From an uncultured Planctomycetaceae bacterium (GTDB lineage: Bacteria; Planctomycetota; Planctomycetia; Pirellulales; PALSA-1355), in NCBI GenBank assembly GCA_963785305.1, contig CAWAUV010000009.1:224001-288000 (forward strand): 64,000 nt of DNA, written 5' to 3'. The translations under genes were made by a program, and so were the position numbers. Below the pieces are notes generated by a model. It made no database searches. It was not told the DNA's origin and saw only the letters and a program-made list of their open reading frames with translations. Below, in pieces: positions 37,662-47,186 of this stretch. The stretch's first letter is position 1. Every line of letters begins with the position of its first letter.

Positions 37662-39246
37662 TTATGGAGACGGTGATCGCCCCGCAAGCGCGGCTGCCGT
37701 TTCCAGCACTTCCCGGGCCAAGCCGCGATGAATTCGAGGGCCAAACATTACGATCTTTCCCGTCGCGACCGCGTTTTGCGCTAGGCTCGGACCTTCCGAA
37801 CGCTCGCGCCCCCGCGAAAGTTCTCGCCACGTCACATGGTTCATGCGCAGGCAAAAGTCGGCGTCGTCGAGCCCGCCCGGTCGCGCGGCGGAGAGCCGCC
37901 CCGCGGTCTCGACCACATGCCATTCCCCGCCGCCCGGGCCGCTGATTTGCAAATTGATGGCTCGCACCGCGCGATCCGAACCCGTCGATCTTACTTGCGG
38001 TTTGGAACCCGCGGAACAATCTTGGACAGGTTTGGGCCCAAGCGAGGTTTGCTTCGCCGCCGGGGGATCGAGCGGCGCGCTGAAATTATGTCGCATTGCG
38101 AATTCGCCAAGCGTTCGCAAGAGCTTCGCGTCGAGCTCCGGGCAGGGCAGCTCGGGTAGCGCCCGAAGAATGTTCGCGCGGTCGAAGGTCGGGTCATGGC
38201 GCCAGTATGCGCGATAAACTTCCATTTGCTCGGTGAACGCGGCCGGCGACGTCAACGAGGACATTTCCCGCGATCCGAACGACTCATCGTCGCACGCGGC
38301 AGCGCTGCCCGCGCCGTTTGAAGATGCAGCGCCAGCGGCTCGGGTATCGCGACCCATGAGCGGGAGCAACAGGTCGACAAACGCTTCTTGCAACCGAGAA
38401 ACCGGCAATGGCCGAGGGTGGGTCAAATGGTAGGTGGCGCCGTGCAGATCGGGTCGGCCCATGATTCGCACAATCGCGGCCGATACCCAGTCGACCGGAA
38501 CCAAGTTCTTGCATTCATCGCCCCGGAGGCCCAAGAGGCCCAGAAAGTCAATCGCGGCGAGCTCGCTCGTCGGCAGCTTCGGACACACCGCCACTCCCAG
38601 CCGCAGCGGAGTGTAAAAGCCGTGAAAGGTAGCGCTGTAGCCGGTTTGCGAGTCACCCACGATGATCGAGGGGCGATAGATTGTGCGGTTTTCCTTGGGC
38701 AGCCGCTCGGCGAGCATCTTCTCGGCCGCGACTTTGGTCTCTTCGTAGGGATTTCCCCAGGATTGCCCCATGTCGAGCTCATCTTCGCGCACTCGACCTT
38801 CACGAGCGCCCGCGACGTAGGCGGTCGACACGTGGTGAAACTCGTCGAGTCCGGTGGGCTCGAAAAAGTCGAGGAGCCGTTTCGTGCCCAAAAGATTGGT
38901 GCGGCTCGGTTCCCCATCGTCGGAAGTTTGAAACTTCAGCGACGCGGCGCTGTGCAACACCGAGTGACAATGGTCCGCGAGCCACTCGCGGTCTCGATCG
39001 CCGAGCCCCAAGCCGGGTTCATGCAACGAGCCAGCCAGCACAATCGGCCGCGGTAGATCGCGCTCGAGGGTCTGTTCCCAGCGGCGCACCACGCCTTCGA
39101 CACGAGCGCTGGCGGAGGCGCGTCGCCGACCGCGAACAAGCACGCACACGCGATGCCCCGCAAGCGTGAGATCGCGCAGCAGGTACCGCCCGAGCAAGCC
39201 AGTCAGCGCCCGTGAGCAGCGTATAACGAGGCCGCAGTTTCAACAT
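37662..39246 (-). CDS. Thioester reductase / fatty acyl reductase-like extended SDR with a C-terminal SCP2-like domain (frameshift near 39205)
   Basis: LLTGA.GLLGRYLL, VLHSAASL, HVSTAYV, NPYEETKVAAE, YRPSIIVGDS, NLVPVD; C-terminal INLQISGPGGGEWHV. Confidence 0.8.
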
Positions 39247-39501
39247 GTCGAACCGAGACACGCGTTCCATGATTGCGGCCCTGGCGCGCCGAGAACAGAG
39301 GCAGGAGGCCGCGAATCGCTACATCCTCGCCAGTTATCCCAGGGATCGCAGGGCACCCATTTTGCGAACGGGCAGTTTAATGGGCGCGGCGGAGCATTGC
39401 AAGTAGCCCGACTGCTCCGCGGACCGTGTGGGTCGTGTGGGACGGACGGCCGCGCGGCCTGTTCTCGGTCGGGCCGAGGCCAAAAGAATGCGCTCGGGCG
39501 C

Positions 39502-39536
39502 AAAAAAAAACCGCCGCGGGGGTCAATCCGCGACGG
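39502..39536 (-). terminator. Rho-independent terminator of the HTH regulator gene
   Basis: Minus strand ccgtcgcgg-attgaccc-ccgcggcgg followed by T9, about 65 bp after the stop codon. Confidence 0.75.
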
Positions 39537-39601
39537 GTGGGGTCGTATGAGCGGCGAAGCGAAATTCGGGCGCGTGGAGAGTTGGTCGTAACCCGATCGG
39601 G

Positions 39602-40174
39602 TCAAACAAGCTCTTTCCGGGCGCCGATCAGCGTGCGAAGACGCTCGGCGAGCAGGACCACATCGAACGGTTTCTTGAACGTTTCGTTGATCGTCGAACG
39701 ATCGAAACTGATCGAACTGCCATCGTCGGGCAGCAGGGCGATCAAGATCGTGTCGGCGTATTCGGTATTCCGGCGCAGATTTTGGCAAATCTGCAAGCTT
39801 TCGACCCGGCCGATCGAAAAGTCGACGATAATGCAGTCCGGATGGAAGCTCTCGGCCTGAATGCCGGCTTCGAATCCGCTGGCCGCCACCGCCACTTTGA
39901 ACGATCGATCGAGGGGCAGTTCACGTTTGAGATTTTCGATCAGGACCTGATCCTGGCCCACGACCAGCACTTTGGCCATTGCTTCGTCTTCGAGATCGCC
40001 CAGGGGCATCCCGTGTTCCTTGAGGAAGCGGATCAGATACTCACGCGGAATCCGGCGATCTTGCGACCCGGGGATGCGGTATCCCTTGAGGCGGCCGGAA
40101 TCGAACCACTTGCTGACAGTACGCGGGGCTACTTTACAGATCTTGGCGACCTGACCCGTTGTGAAGACCTTCAT
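39602..40174 (-). CDS. MerR/excisionase-type HTH plus receiver-like domain regulator
   Basis: MKVFTTGQVAKICKVAPRTVSKWFDSGRLKGYRIPGSQDRRIP, followed by a CheY-like fold (PDCIIVD...FKKPFD). Confidence 0.85.
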   Translation of the reverse strand: MKVFTTGQVAKICKVAPRTVSKWFDSGRLKGYRIPGSQDRRIPREYLIRFLKEHGMPLGDLEDEAMAKVLVVGQDQVLIENLKRELPLDRSFKVAVAASGFEAGIQAESFHPDCIIVDFSIGRVESLQICQNLRRNTEYADTILIALLPDDGSSISFDRSTINETFKKPFDVVLLAERLRTLIGARKELV

Positions 40175-41261
40175 TGCAGGCTCTCCAATTTGCGCTCGCT
40201 TGTTTTCTTGGGATTAACTCCGCCGGAATTTTCGGGTTCCTTTGGAGGTCGGTGGCCCCTGGTTGTCGCGTGGGCTTGTTCCAGTCGGAGGTTCGTTCCC
40301 TCGAACCGCCGGTAGTTCGAACAGTCGTCACACGTAACATCTGGGTCGGGGCTGGGTGTCTCGCATCAACTCGCCGCGGCCTGGTTCAGGTCCCTCTGAT
40401 CCGTGCCTCAGTGATTACATCGGCCGGCTTTTGCCGGTAGCGTCCGTAAAATCCGCGTTCGCCAGCAAACTGGCAAAGCCAAGAAAGGCTCTTACGCGGA
40501 TCGAACGCCAAAACCGGTAAAGTCGGGCGGATGGAAACGTTTCGCCAGGGGGGAGACAAGCGGAGCTTGGGCGCGATTGCTAGCGCAATGCGACGCCCAT
40601 GCTTTCGGCGCGGTCGTAGTAGTCCGTGCGGCAGGTTCCCCCCTGCAGTCGGCGTGTCCGGCCCGAGTGTCCTGTCGCATTCGCCACAGGCTGCGTGCCG
40701 AACAAACCTTCCACGTTTGTTTTCGATTCAATCGAGGGCGCGACTTTAGAAACTTTCTCCAGTCGTAACACGTAGATCGATCCTGTCGCGATTGACAAAC
40801 CTCCCGCTTTGCGCGGTCGCGTGATCGGCGCCGACTTAAGTCTCTATGCCGATTGAGGTTTCCGTCGCAATGCAGGCCGTCTTTGGCGATTGCGCCCGAT
40901 GGGTAATTTGCGGCCGAGATTGCCGACTGGCGTCGATCCTCGAAGCCGGAAATCCCCCGGCGCGGTCCGATCCGGCGTCGTAATCGCTACGATCCCACGC
41001 CGCGCCGCGAAGACGCCCCTAGGAAATCATAGGGGCCGGCTCTGAAAATGTCCCGTCGCGGCGCCCGTCGCGGCGCGCAATGGCCAAAGGCTGTTGCGTC
41101 GCCAAACCGCCTGCTAAGATGCCCAACTCGACGCCCATGGCCGGCGTCGCTTGCCCGGCCGGCGGCGCCCTCGGCGGCGCGTGCCAAGCTCGCCGGCCTG
41201 CGGTCCGGTTCCCCGCATACCCCCCAAGCTCAGAGCCAATTCCCCCAGGAGACAACCCACG

Positions 41262-42430
41262 ATGGGCCACCACCAAACGAAACAGCATCGGCCTGGAAAG
41301 CACTCGTATCATCAAATCGGACTCGTTCGCGGCCAGTTTGGCAACGTGCCGGAAGATAAATGGCTCGATTGGGTTGCCGCCACCGGGTTCGATGGCTGGG
41401 AAGAAGCGAGCTGGGAGCTCGACCTCGCTCGCTGCGCCGACGACGCCGGCGCCAAAGCCTACGCCGGCGAGCGCGTGGCCAAGGCCAAGTCGCGCGGGCT
41501 CGAAATCCTCTCGATCGCCGCTCACTTGCAGGGCCAAGCCCTGGGCGACGAACCGAGCGCCAAGACGCTTCAGTTCCTCGGCGGCGAGTCGGTCGAGGCC
41601 TATGCGCGCTGGCGAGCCGCGGGCAACAAGCCGCCGCGCGTCGATCCGTATTTCGTGCCCGACGACGTGGCCGAGATCGCGCGGCGCCAAGCGACGCAGT
41701 CGCTCGTGGCCGCGGTGCGGCTCGCGCACTTTGTTGGTCAGTTGCAAGATCGCACGGTGCCTGTCTCGGGCTTCGTCGGCTCGCCGGCCCACTGCTGGAG
41801 CCACTGGTTCCTGTTTCCGCCGCTGCCTCGCTCGCTGGGCGGACATGAGATTCCCGACGTGTATTCGACGAGCCTCGAGCTCTCTGGTCGAGCGTTTTGG
41901 GCCGGTGTTCGAAGCGTGCAAAAAATACGGCACGACCTACGACCTCGAATGCCATCCGAGCGAACGGGCAATGGGCGATATCGCCAGCGCTCGCGATTAC
42001 CTGGCGGCGGTCGACAAAGCCGGCTTCGCCAAGGCGACCGGTTTCAACTTCGATTGCTCGCACATGGAATGGCAGGGCGTGTCGGGCGTGGACTTCATTC
42101 GCGAGTTCGGCGAACGGATCCACTGGCGCATATCAAGGGAGTGCAAGTGATCGATGGCTACACGCGCAACGGCCGGCTGGGCGGCCATCAACCGTTTGGC
42201 GACAAGCACAACGGCTGGAACTTCGTGACCGCCGGAACCGCCCGCGACGCCACGCCGGTCGAAGAGTTATTCGTGGAACTGAACCGCGCCGGCTTCAGCG
42301 GCGGTGTGTCGATCGAATGGGAAGACAACGATGTGGAACAACACGCCGGCGCAAAGCCGCCCTGGCGAATGTCCACCGCGCCGACCAGCCGCCGAGCTCA
42401 ATGCGCCACGACGAGCAATTGAAGGCATGA
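41262..42430 (+). CDS. Sugar phosphate isomerase/epimerase (xylose isomerase-like TIM barrel), frameshifted
   Basis: GFDGWEEASW, DLECHPSE, NFDCSHMEWQG, AHIKG, SIEWEDND. Confidence 0.8.
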
Positions 42431-42455
42431 CGCGCCACGCGCCGCCTGATTCGTT

Positions 42456-42580
42456 GGCTCTTCCGCTTCTAAATGGAATAGGCCCAAAATCTTGCTCGGA
42501 TGGCGCGGGCCAGGGCGTGGACGTCGCGCACGCGGCGGCGGGCGGTGACGTGGAAGTGGTTGATGTCCAGCGCGCCGGAG
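42456..42580 (-). mobile_element. Probable ISL3 right-end remnant (transposase C-terminus plus terminal IR)
   Basis: ggctcttccgcttc at 42456 matches the ISL3 left end ggctcttccgtttc at 46300; minus strand reads ALDINHFHVTARRRVRDVHALARAIRARFWAYSI* running into that IR. Confidence 0.55.
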
Positions 42581-42663
42581 CGGCTAGACACGCGGGCCGG
42601 CAGCTACCATCGGAAGCCGGTGAACAAGGCGAAAATTCTAAGGTCAAATTCAAAGGGGTCAGG

Positions 42664-44598
42664 GTGCGCCGGCGCGAAGCCGGAGGAGAGTAGCGAATGA
42701 AAGAGTCGCACGAGGCAAGGCCTAGCCAGCCACCTCGGCCTCGAGTGATGCGTCGTGTCGGGCAACTGGCAGGGCGAAGCGTTCACAGAGGCACGGCCGG
42801 GCGGTGTATCGAGCTCCGAAAACATTCTTTTGTGGCGGCCGACCTTGTCCTGACCCCGTCGCTCGATACATGCGGGAAGGCAACAGTGATGTCGAACGAT
42901 CATGGCGAGTCCGACGTCTCCCCCACGGAGTCTGAGACCACCCGCACGGCCGGAAACTTTTCTCGCGGAAGCCGGGAGATCCCGGGAACATCCGTTTCAC
43001 CGGAAGCGGATCGGTCGGAGAAGCGCGAGGCCACAAGTCCGACATGCACGTTCCCGGGGAGTCAGACAGTTCCATAGTACCAAAGAAGCAGGCGAACAAC
43101 GACAGCGTGCCGCTGTCGGCGGAGCCCGTGGAGGGAAGGGAGCTGACCGAGGAGAACGCCGAGCAGTCGCTACTGGACCGGACACAGCGCCGGACTCCCA
43201 GGTCGCGCGGACTGCTGGGCGTGCGAGAAGCGGCACAACGCGACAAGAAGATGCGGTTCAACAATCTGCTGAACCATGTCACGCCCGAACTGCTGGTGGC
43301 GAGTTTCTTCGACCTGAAGAAGCAAGCCGCGCCCGGCGTCGATGGCCTGACATGGGCTCAATACGCCACCGATTTCGAAACGCGGATCGACGATCCGCAC
43401 AGTCGAATCCATCGGGGAGCCTATCGAGCCAGGCCGTCCAAGCGAACTTGGATTCCCAAGCTCGACGGCAAGCCGCGGCCCCTCGGGATCGCGGCGCTGG
43501 AGGACAAGATCGTCCAGCAAGCCGTACGGACGATCCTGGAGTGCATCTACGAAGAGGACTTTCTGGGTTTCAGTTACGGCTTTCGTCCTGGACGAAGCTG
43601 TCACCGAGCCTTGGACGCGCTCTACGTGGGCATCAAGAAGCGGAAAGTGAACTGGATTTTGGATGCGGACATCCGCGGCTTCTTCGACAACATCGACCAC
43701 GCATGGTTGATGAAGTTCCTGGAGCATCGGATCGCCGACCGACGACTGCTTCGGCTGCTGAAGAAATGGCTTCGAGCCGGAGTGTCGGAAGATGGCGAAT
43801 GGTCCCCGAGCACCGTGGGAACACCTCAAGGAGCGGTGATTTCGCCGCTCTATTCGAACGTGTTCTTGCACTATGTTCTGGACCTGTGGCTGGTGGCGTG
43901 GCGGAAACGCCATGCCGTGGGCGAGGTCATCATCGTGCGCTATGCGGACGATTTCGTAGTCGGATTCCGCGAGGAGTCCGACGCGCGACGCTGCCTGGCG
44001 GCGCTCCGGGAACGCTTCACCAAATTCGGTTTGGAACCGCACCCGGAGAAGACGCGGCTGATCGAGTTCGGACGCTATGCGGCCGAACGACGATCGAAGC
44101 GTGGCGATGGCCCACCGGAGACATTCGACTTCCTGGGCTTCACCCACATCAGTGGCGTGACCCGGAAGGGCGAATTCACCATTCGCCGCATCTCATCGGC
44201 CAAGAAGTTTCGTGGCAAACTGCGCGAACTGAAAGAAGCGCTACGCGGGAAAATGCACATGGACTTGGCGCAAGTCGGGCCATGGCTATCGAGCGTTTAC
44301 CGGGGATGGCTCAATTACCATGCGATTCCCGGCAACTCGGTGCGATTGCAACAATTCCGCACGGCGCTCCAGAAACTCTGGCTCCGCATGCTGCGGCGAC
44401 GCAGCCAACGCGGACGCCGGATGACCTGGCGGAAGTTCTCGCAGCTTTGCAAACGATGGCTTCCCACCCCGAAAATCCTGCATCCTTATCCCGAAGTGCG
44501 GTTTGATCGTTTGTATCCAAGGTAGGAGCCGTATGCGGTAGTTCCGCACGTACGGATCTGTGCGGGGGGTGGCCCGAAAGGGCCATCCCTACCGCGAT
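42664..44598 (+). mobile_element. Group II intron copy 1 (IIB-like, no endonuclease domain)
   Basis: 5' GTGCG; domain V gagccgtatgcggtagttccgcacgtacggatc (44527-44559); domain VI ending ccctaccgcgAT; boundaries confirmed by copy 2 and by intron-free sites. Confidence 0.93.
43044..44525 (+). CDS. ltrA: Group II intron reverse transcriptase/maturase (true start may be GTG at 43220)
   Basis: AAPGVDG, RPLGIAALEDKIVQ, FSYGFRPGRS, GTPQGAVISP, RYADD, FDFLGF, domain X; no HNH endonuclease. Confidence 0.95.
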   Translation: MHVPGESDSSIVPKKQANNDSVPLSAEPVEGRELTEENAEQSLLDRTQRRTPRSRGLLGVREAAQRDKKMRFNNLLNHVTPELLVASFFDLKKQAAPGVDGLTWAQYATDFETRIDDPHSRIHRGAYRARPSKRTWIPKLDGKPRPLGIAALEDKIVQQAVRTILECIYEEDFLGFSYGFRPGRSCHRALDALYVGIKKRKVNWILDADIRGFFDNIDHAWLMKFLEHRIADRRLLRLLKKWLRAGVSEDGEWSPSTVGTPQGAVISPLYSNVFLHYVLDLWLVAWRKRHAVGEVIIVRYADDFVVGFREESDARRCLAALRERFTKFGLEPHPEKTRLIEFGRYAAERRSKRGDGPPETFDFLGFTHISGVTRKGEFTIRRISSAKKFRGKLRELKEALRGKMHMDLAQVGPWLSSVYRGWLNYHAIPGNSVRLQQFRTALQKLWLRMLRRRSQRGRRMTWRKFSQLCKRWLPTPKILHPYPEVRFDRLYPR

Positions 44599-45010
44599 AC
44601 TCATTGATTTTGCTGGCGGTTGTTGGTTGGCTGGCGGACATGCCACGAGGCGACGAAGCTGGCGGCGTCTACCATGCCCTGAATCGAGCGAATGCCCGGG
44701 CCAAGATATTCCGCGACGACGCGGATTACGCAGCCTTCGAGCGAGTGCTCGGCGAAGGGCTCGCGCGACATGCCGGCGGGTTGTTCGCTTACCAGTTGAT
44801 ACCCAGCCACCGGCGCCGCTGGCGGAACGAGATCTCGCCGCATTGCGCGGCGAGGGTCTCCCTTCGGCGAGCCGACTTGGACCGAAGCGACGGCAAGGCG
44901 CCCGCGGCTGACCTCGACCCTAGGACCTCGTGGTCGTCCGCAAGTCCATTTTTCCGATACGGCTCCCGACCCTACACCAAACAATGAGTCCTGACCCGTT
45001 AGAATTCTCT

Positions 45011-45409
45011 AGAGGCTTCGATAGGAAGCGCAGAGACGATTACGTTTCGTCGATTGAGCAGAAGATCAAAGCCCAAAATGGAAAAATCGAATTCACGGAA
45101 GGGCAAAAGAAGCGAAAAGAAGGGATCATAGCGAAGGAAGAAAACAACATTAGTACCAGAGCATACAAGCCCAATGTACTTTTGAAACAGCCGCTCACTG
45201 TTGCGGAGCTGAGAAGGCGATTAGGAGGTCCAGATTCCATCATCAATGACAAGTTTACTCATCAGGTCTGGATTTATAATTTCAGCGACGGGCGAATTAT
45301 GGTACCGGTCAGTGGCGCTGACGACTCTTCGCCCGCCAATAATTCGGGTGATGTATCCAAAGACTCCACGAAAGTCTCTTTGAATCCCCATGATATTCAA
45401 ATGCTTTGA
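45011..45409 (+). pseudogene. 5'-truncated low-GC ORF fragment starting at the MITE right end
   Basis: Open frame to a stop at 45409, AT-rich; no start codon independent of the repeat. Confidence 0.5.
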
Positions 45410-45427
45410 TGTAGCCATTGATTATGA

Positions 45428-46279
45428 TTACATTCTTGCTAGGAGATCGGCTTTTTTCTTTTCAAATTCCTCGGTCGTGAGAATCCCTTTTTCTCGGAGC
45501 GCCGATAGCTTTTCAATTTGAGCGGGAATGTCGTTGTGCTCGTTACGTGGTGTGTCGCTTGACTGCCGGAGAAACTTTTCAAAAATGCCGTGGTTCCTCA
45601 TTCGATCAATTAGCACTTGGCACCTTTTGGCTTGCCCCATAACAGTTATGCCCGATAGCATTTCGAGCCGAAGAAGAATGTCCTTTGCGTTGTCGTCCTG
45701 GTACTTAATGTGGATGTTGTTCTGCTGGTTCAATTGGCGAGAGTTTAGCCCGCCAAGAATTCCCTCGACCGTCCCCACTTTTCTTTCGACAATATCTAGC
45801 GCAAGAGTCTTGTTGAATGGAATAACCAATCCCTTGAACCAACCTTTCGACCCAAGTGTCGGTTTGAACTCAAACCGGTCGCTAAACATCTTCAAATCGA
45901 TCATTCCTGCCTTTTCCTTCGGGTAGTCGGGATGGCCGCCTCGGTAAACCACTGAATACGATTCGATTAAATCTGTGTCCGACGACCTACCACCAAACAA
46001 CGAACCGAACAATCCCCTTGCTTCCTCCGCGCGTTTTGCAAATGGGATGCTATCCATGAATTCCATAGCTGCCGGTTCGGGAACCGCTTCCGCAGAAATT
46101 GGAACGGGAATAGGTGGCCCTGCGGTGGCCGGCGGTAGCGGTGGTGCGGTTGGTCGTGGTGCGGACGCGGTAAGAACGAACTGTCCCCGGCACTTCGGGC
46201 AGGCAGCTTTTTTTCCGAGATGCTCGATTAGAACATGGGCAATCTTTCCGCACACGGGACACTGAACCTCGACCTTCAT
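45428..46279 (-). CDS. Zinc-ribbon, Pro-rich linker and C-terminal SHOCT domain protein (low GC)
   Basis: CPVCG...CPKCR; PPLPP linker; IEKLSALREKGILTTEEFEKKKADLL (SHOCT). Confidence 0.75.
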   Translation of the reverse strand: MKVEVQCPVCGKIAHVLIEHLGKKAACPKCRGQFVLTASAPRPTAPPLPPATAGPPIPVPISAEAVPEPAAMEFMDSIPFAKRAEEARGLFGSLFGGRSSDTDLIESYSVVYRGGHPDYPKEKAGMIDLKMFSDRFEFKPTLGSKGWFKGLVIPFNKTLALDIVERKVGTVEGILGGLNSRQLNQQNNIHIKYQDDNAKDILLRLEMLSGITVMGQAKRCQVLIDRMRNHGIFEKFLRQSSDTPRNEHNDIPAQIEKLSALREKGILTTEEFEKKKADLLARM

Positions 46280-46299
46280 ACGTCTACTCCTCAGTAAGT

Positions 46300-47136
46300 G
46301 GCTCTTCCGTTTCCGAGTGTTTTGCTTGGGGATTCGGGATGGTTTTCTGGCGTTCGGGGGTTGGTCGGGTAGAATGGCGTGGAGGAGGCCGGGCGAGTCT
46401 CGATTTTACCTGAATGGAGTGGAGCCATGAATAGCGTCGCCGTCGAGATTGAAATGGATTTTCCGGACGGGGTGGCCGTCCGCGGCTACGAGCGTCATCA
46501 AGGCGCTCATGTGTTCGAGGTGGCCTTCGAGCTGCCCGAGCGCTGCGTGTGCCCAAAATGCCGGCACGAGGCGGCGGCGCAGCTTCGCGAGAAAGATGAA
46601 GTGCTCGCCATCCGCGACCTGGACCTGATGCGCGAGCCGACATTCTGGACCTATCGGCCGTTCTTGCATCAATGTCCCAAGTGCCGGCAGCGGACGCAGG
46701 TCGGGACGCCGTTCAAGCGTCCGCGCGTGACTTACACCTATCGTTTCGAGCAGTTCGTGTTCGAGCAACTGGTGGGCACGAGCGTCGAGGAGGTGGCGCG
46801 GCGCCTGGGCATCTCCGCCGAGACGGTCGAACGCATCCTGGAGTGGCGCCTGACGAGCGAGCGCGCCATTTCGCCCGAGCGCGTGATCACCAGCGTGGGT
46901 CTCGACGAATTGAGTCTCAAGAAACGACACAAGTTGTACGCCACGGTGCTCAGCGATCTATCCGATCCGAAGCATCCGCGAATTCTGGCGGTGGCCAAGG
47001 GTCGAGACCGCGAGGCGACCGAGGCCTGCCTGGCCAAGCTTTCGCCGGAGCAACGGGCCCAAGTCGTCTCGCATCGCACGGACATGAGCGCCGTGTATCC
47101 GGAAGTCTGCAAAAGCTGGCTGCCGAACAGCCAGTT
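46300..47136 (+). mobile_element. ISL3-family element, 5' part only (transposase from 46427), truncated at the repeat at 47137
   Basis: GGCTCT left end; CPKC zinc finger, IRDLD, VGLDELSLKKRHKLYATVL, TDMSAVY; breaks off before the expected DRFH motif. Confidence 0.85.
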
Positions 47137-47170
47137 GGAACAATCCAAAGGGGTCAGGAGTCATTGATTT
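47137..47170 (+). repeat. Solo copy of the RAYT-element terminal repeat (intron-free)
   Basis: ggaacaatccaaaggggtcaggagtcattgattt; first 22 bp identical to 49524-49545. Confidence 0.85.
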
Positions 47171-47186
47171 AACTGATAACCGGTGT

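Larger units (their letters stand above)
42651..45010 (+). mobile_element. RAYT/Y1-HUH transposase-derived MITE copy A; left end interrupted by group II intron 1
   Basis: Left end caaaggggtcagg|actcattg, right end caatgagtcctgacccgttagaattctct (44982-45010); interior encodes the transposase N-terminus (DEAGGVYHALNRANARAKIFRDDADYAAFERVL) fused to the C-terminus (SPFGEPTWTEATARR...PRGRP). Confidence 0.8.

Noticed and set aside
40410..40455. GCCGATGT on the minus strand as a sigma-28 -10 element
   Set aside because: No matching -35 TAAA at the expected spacing.
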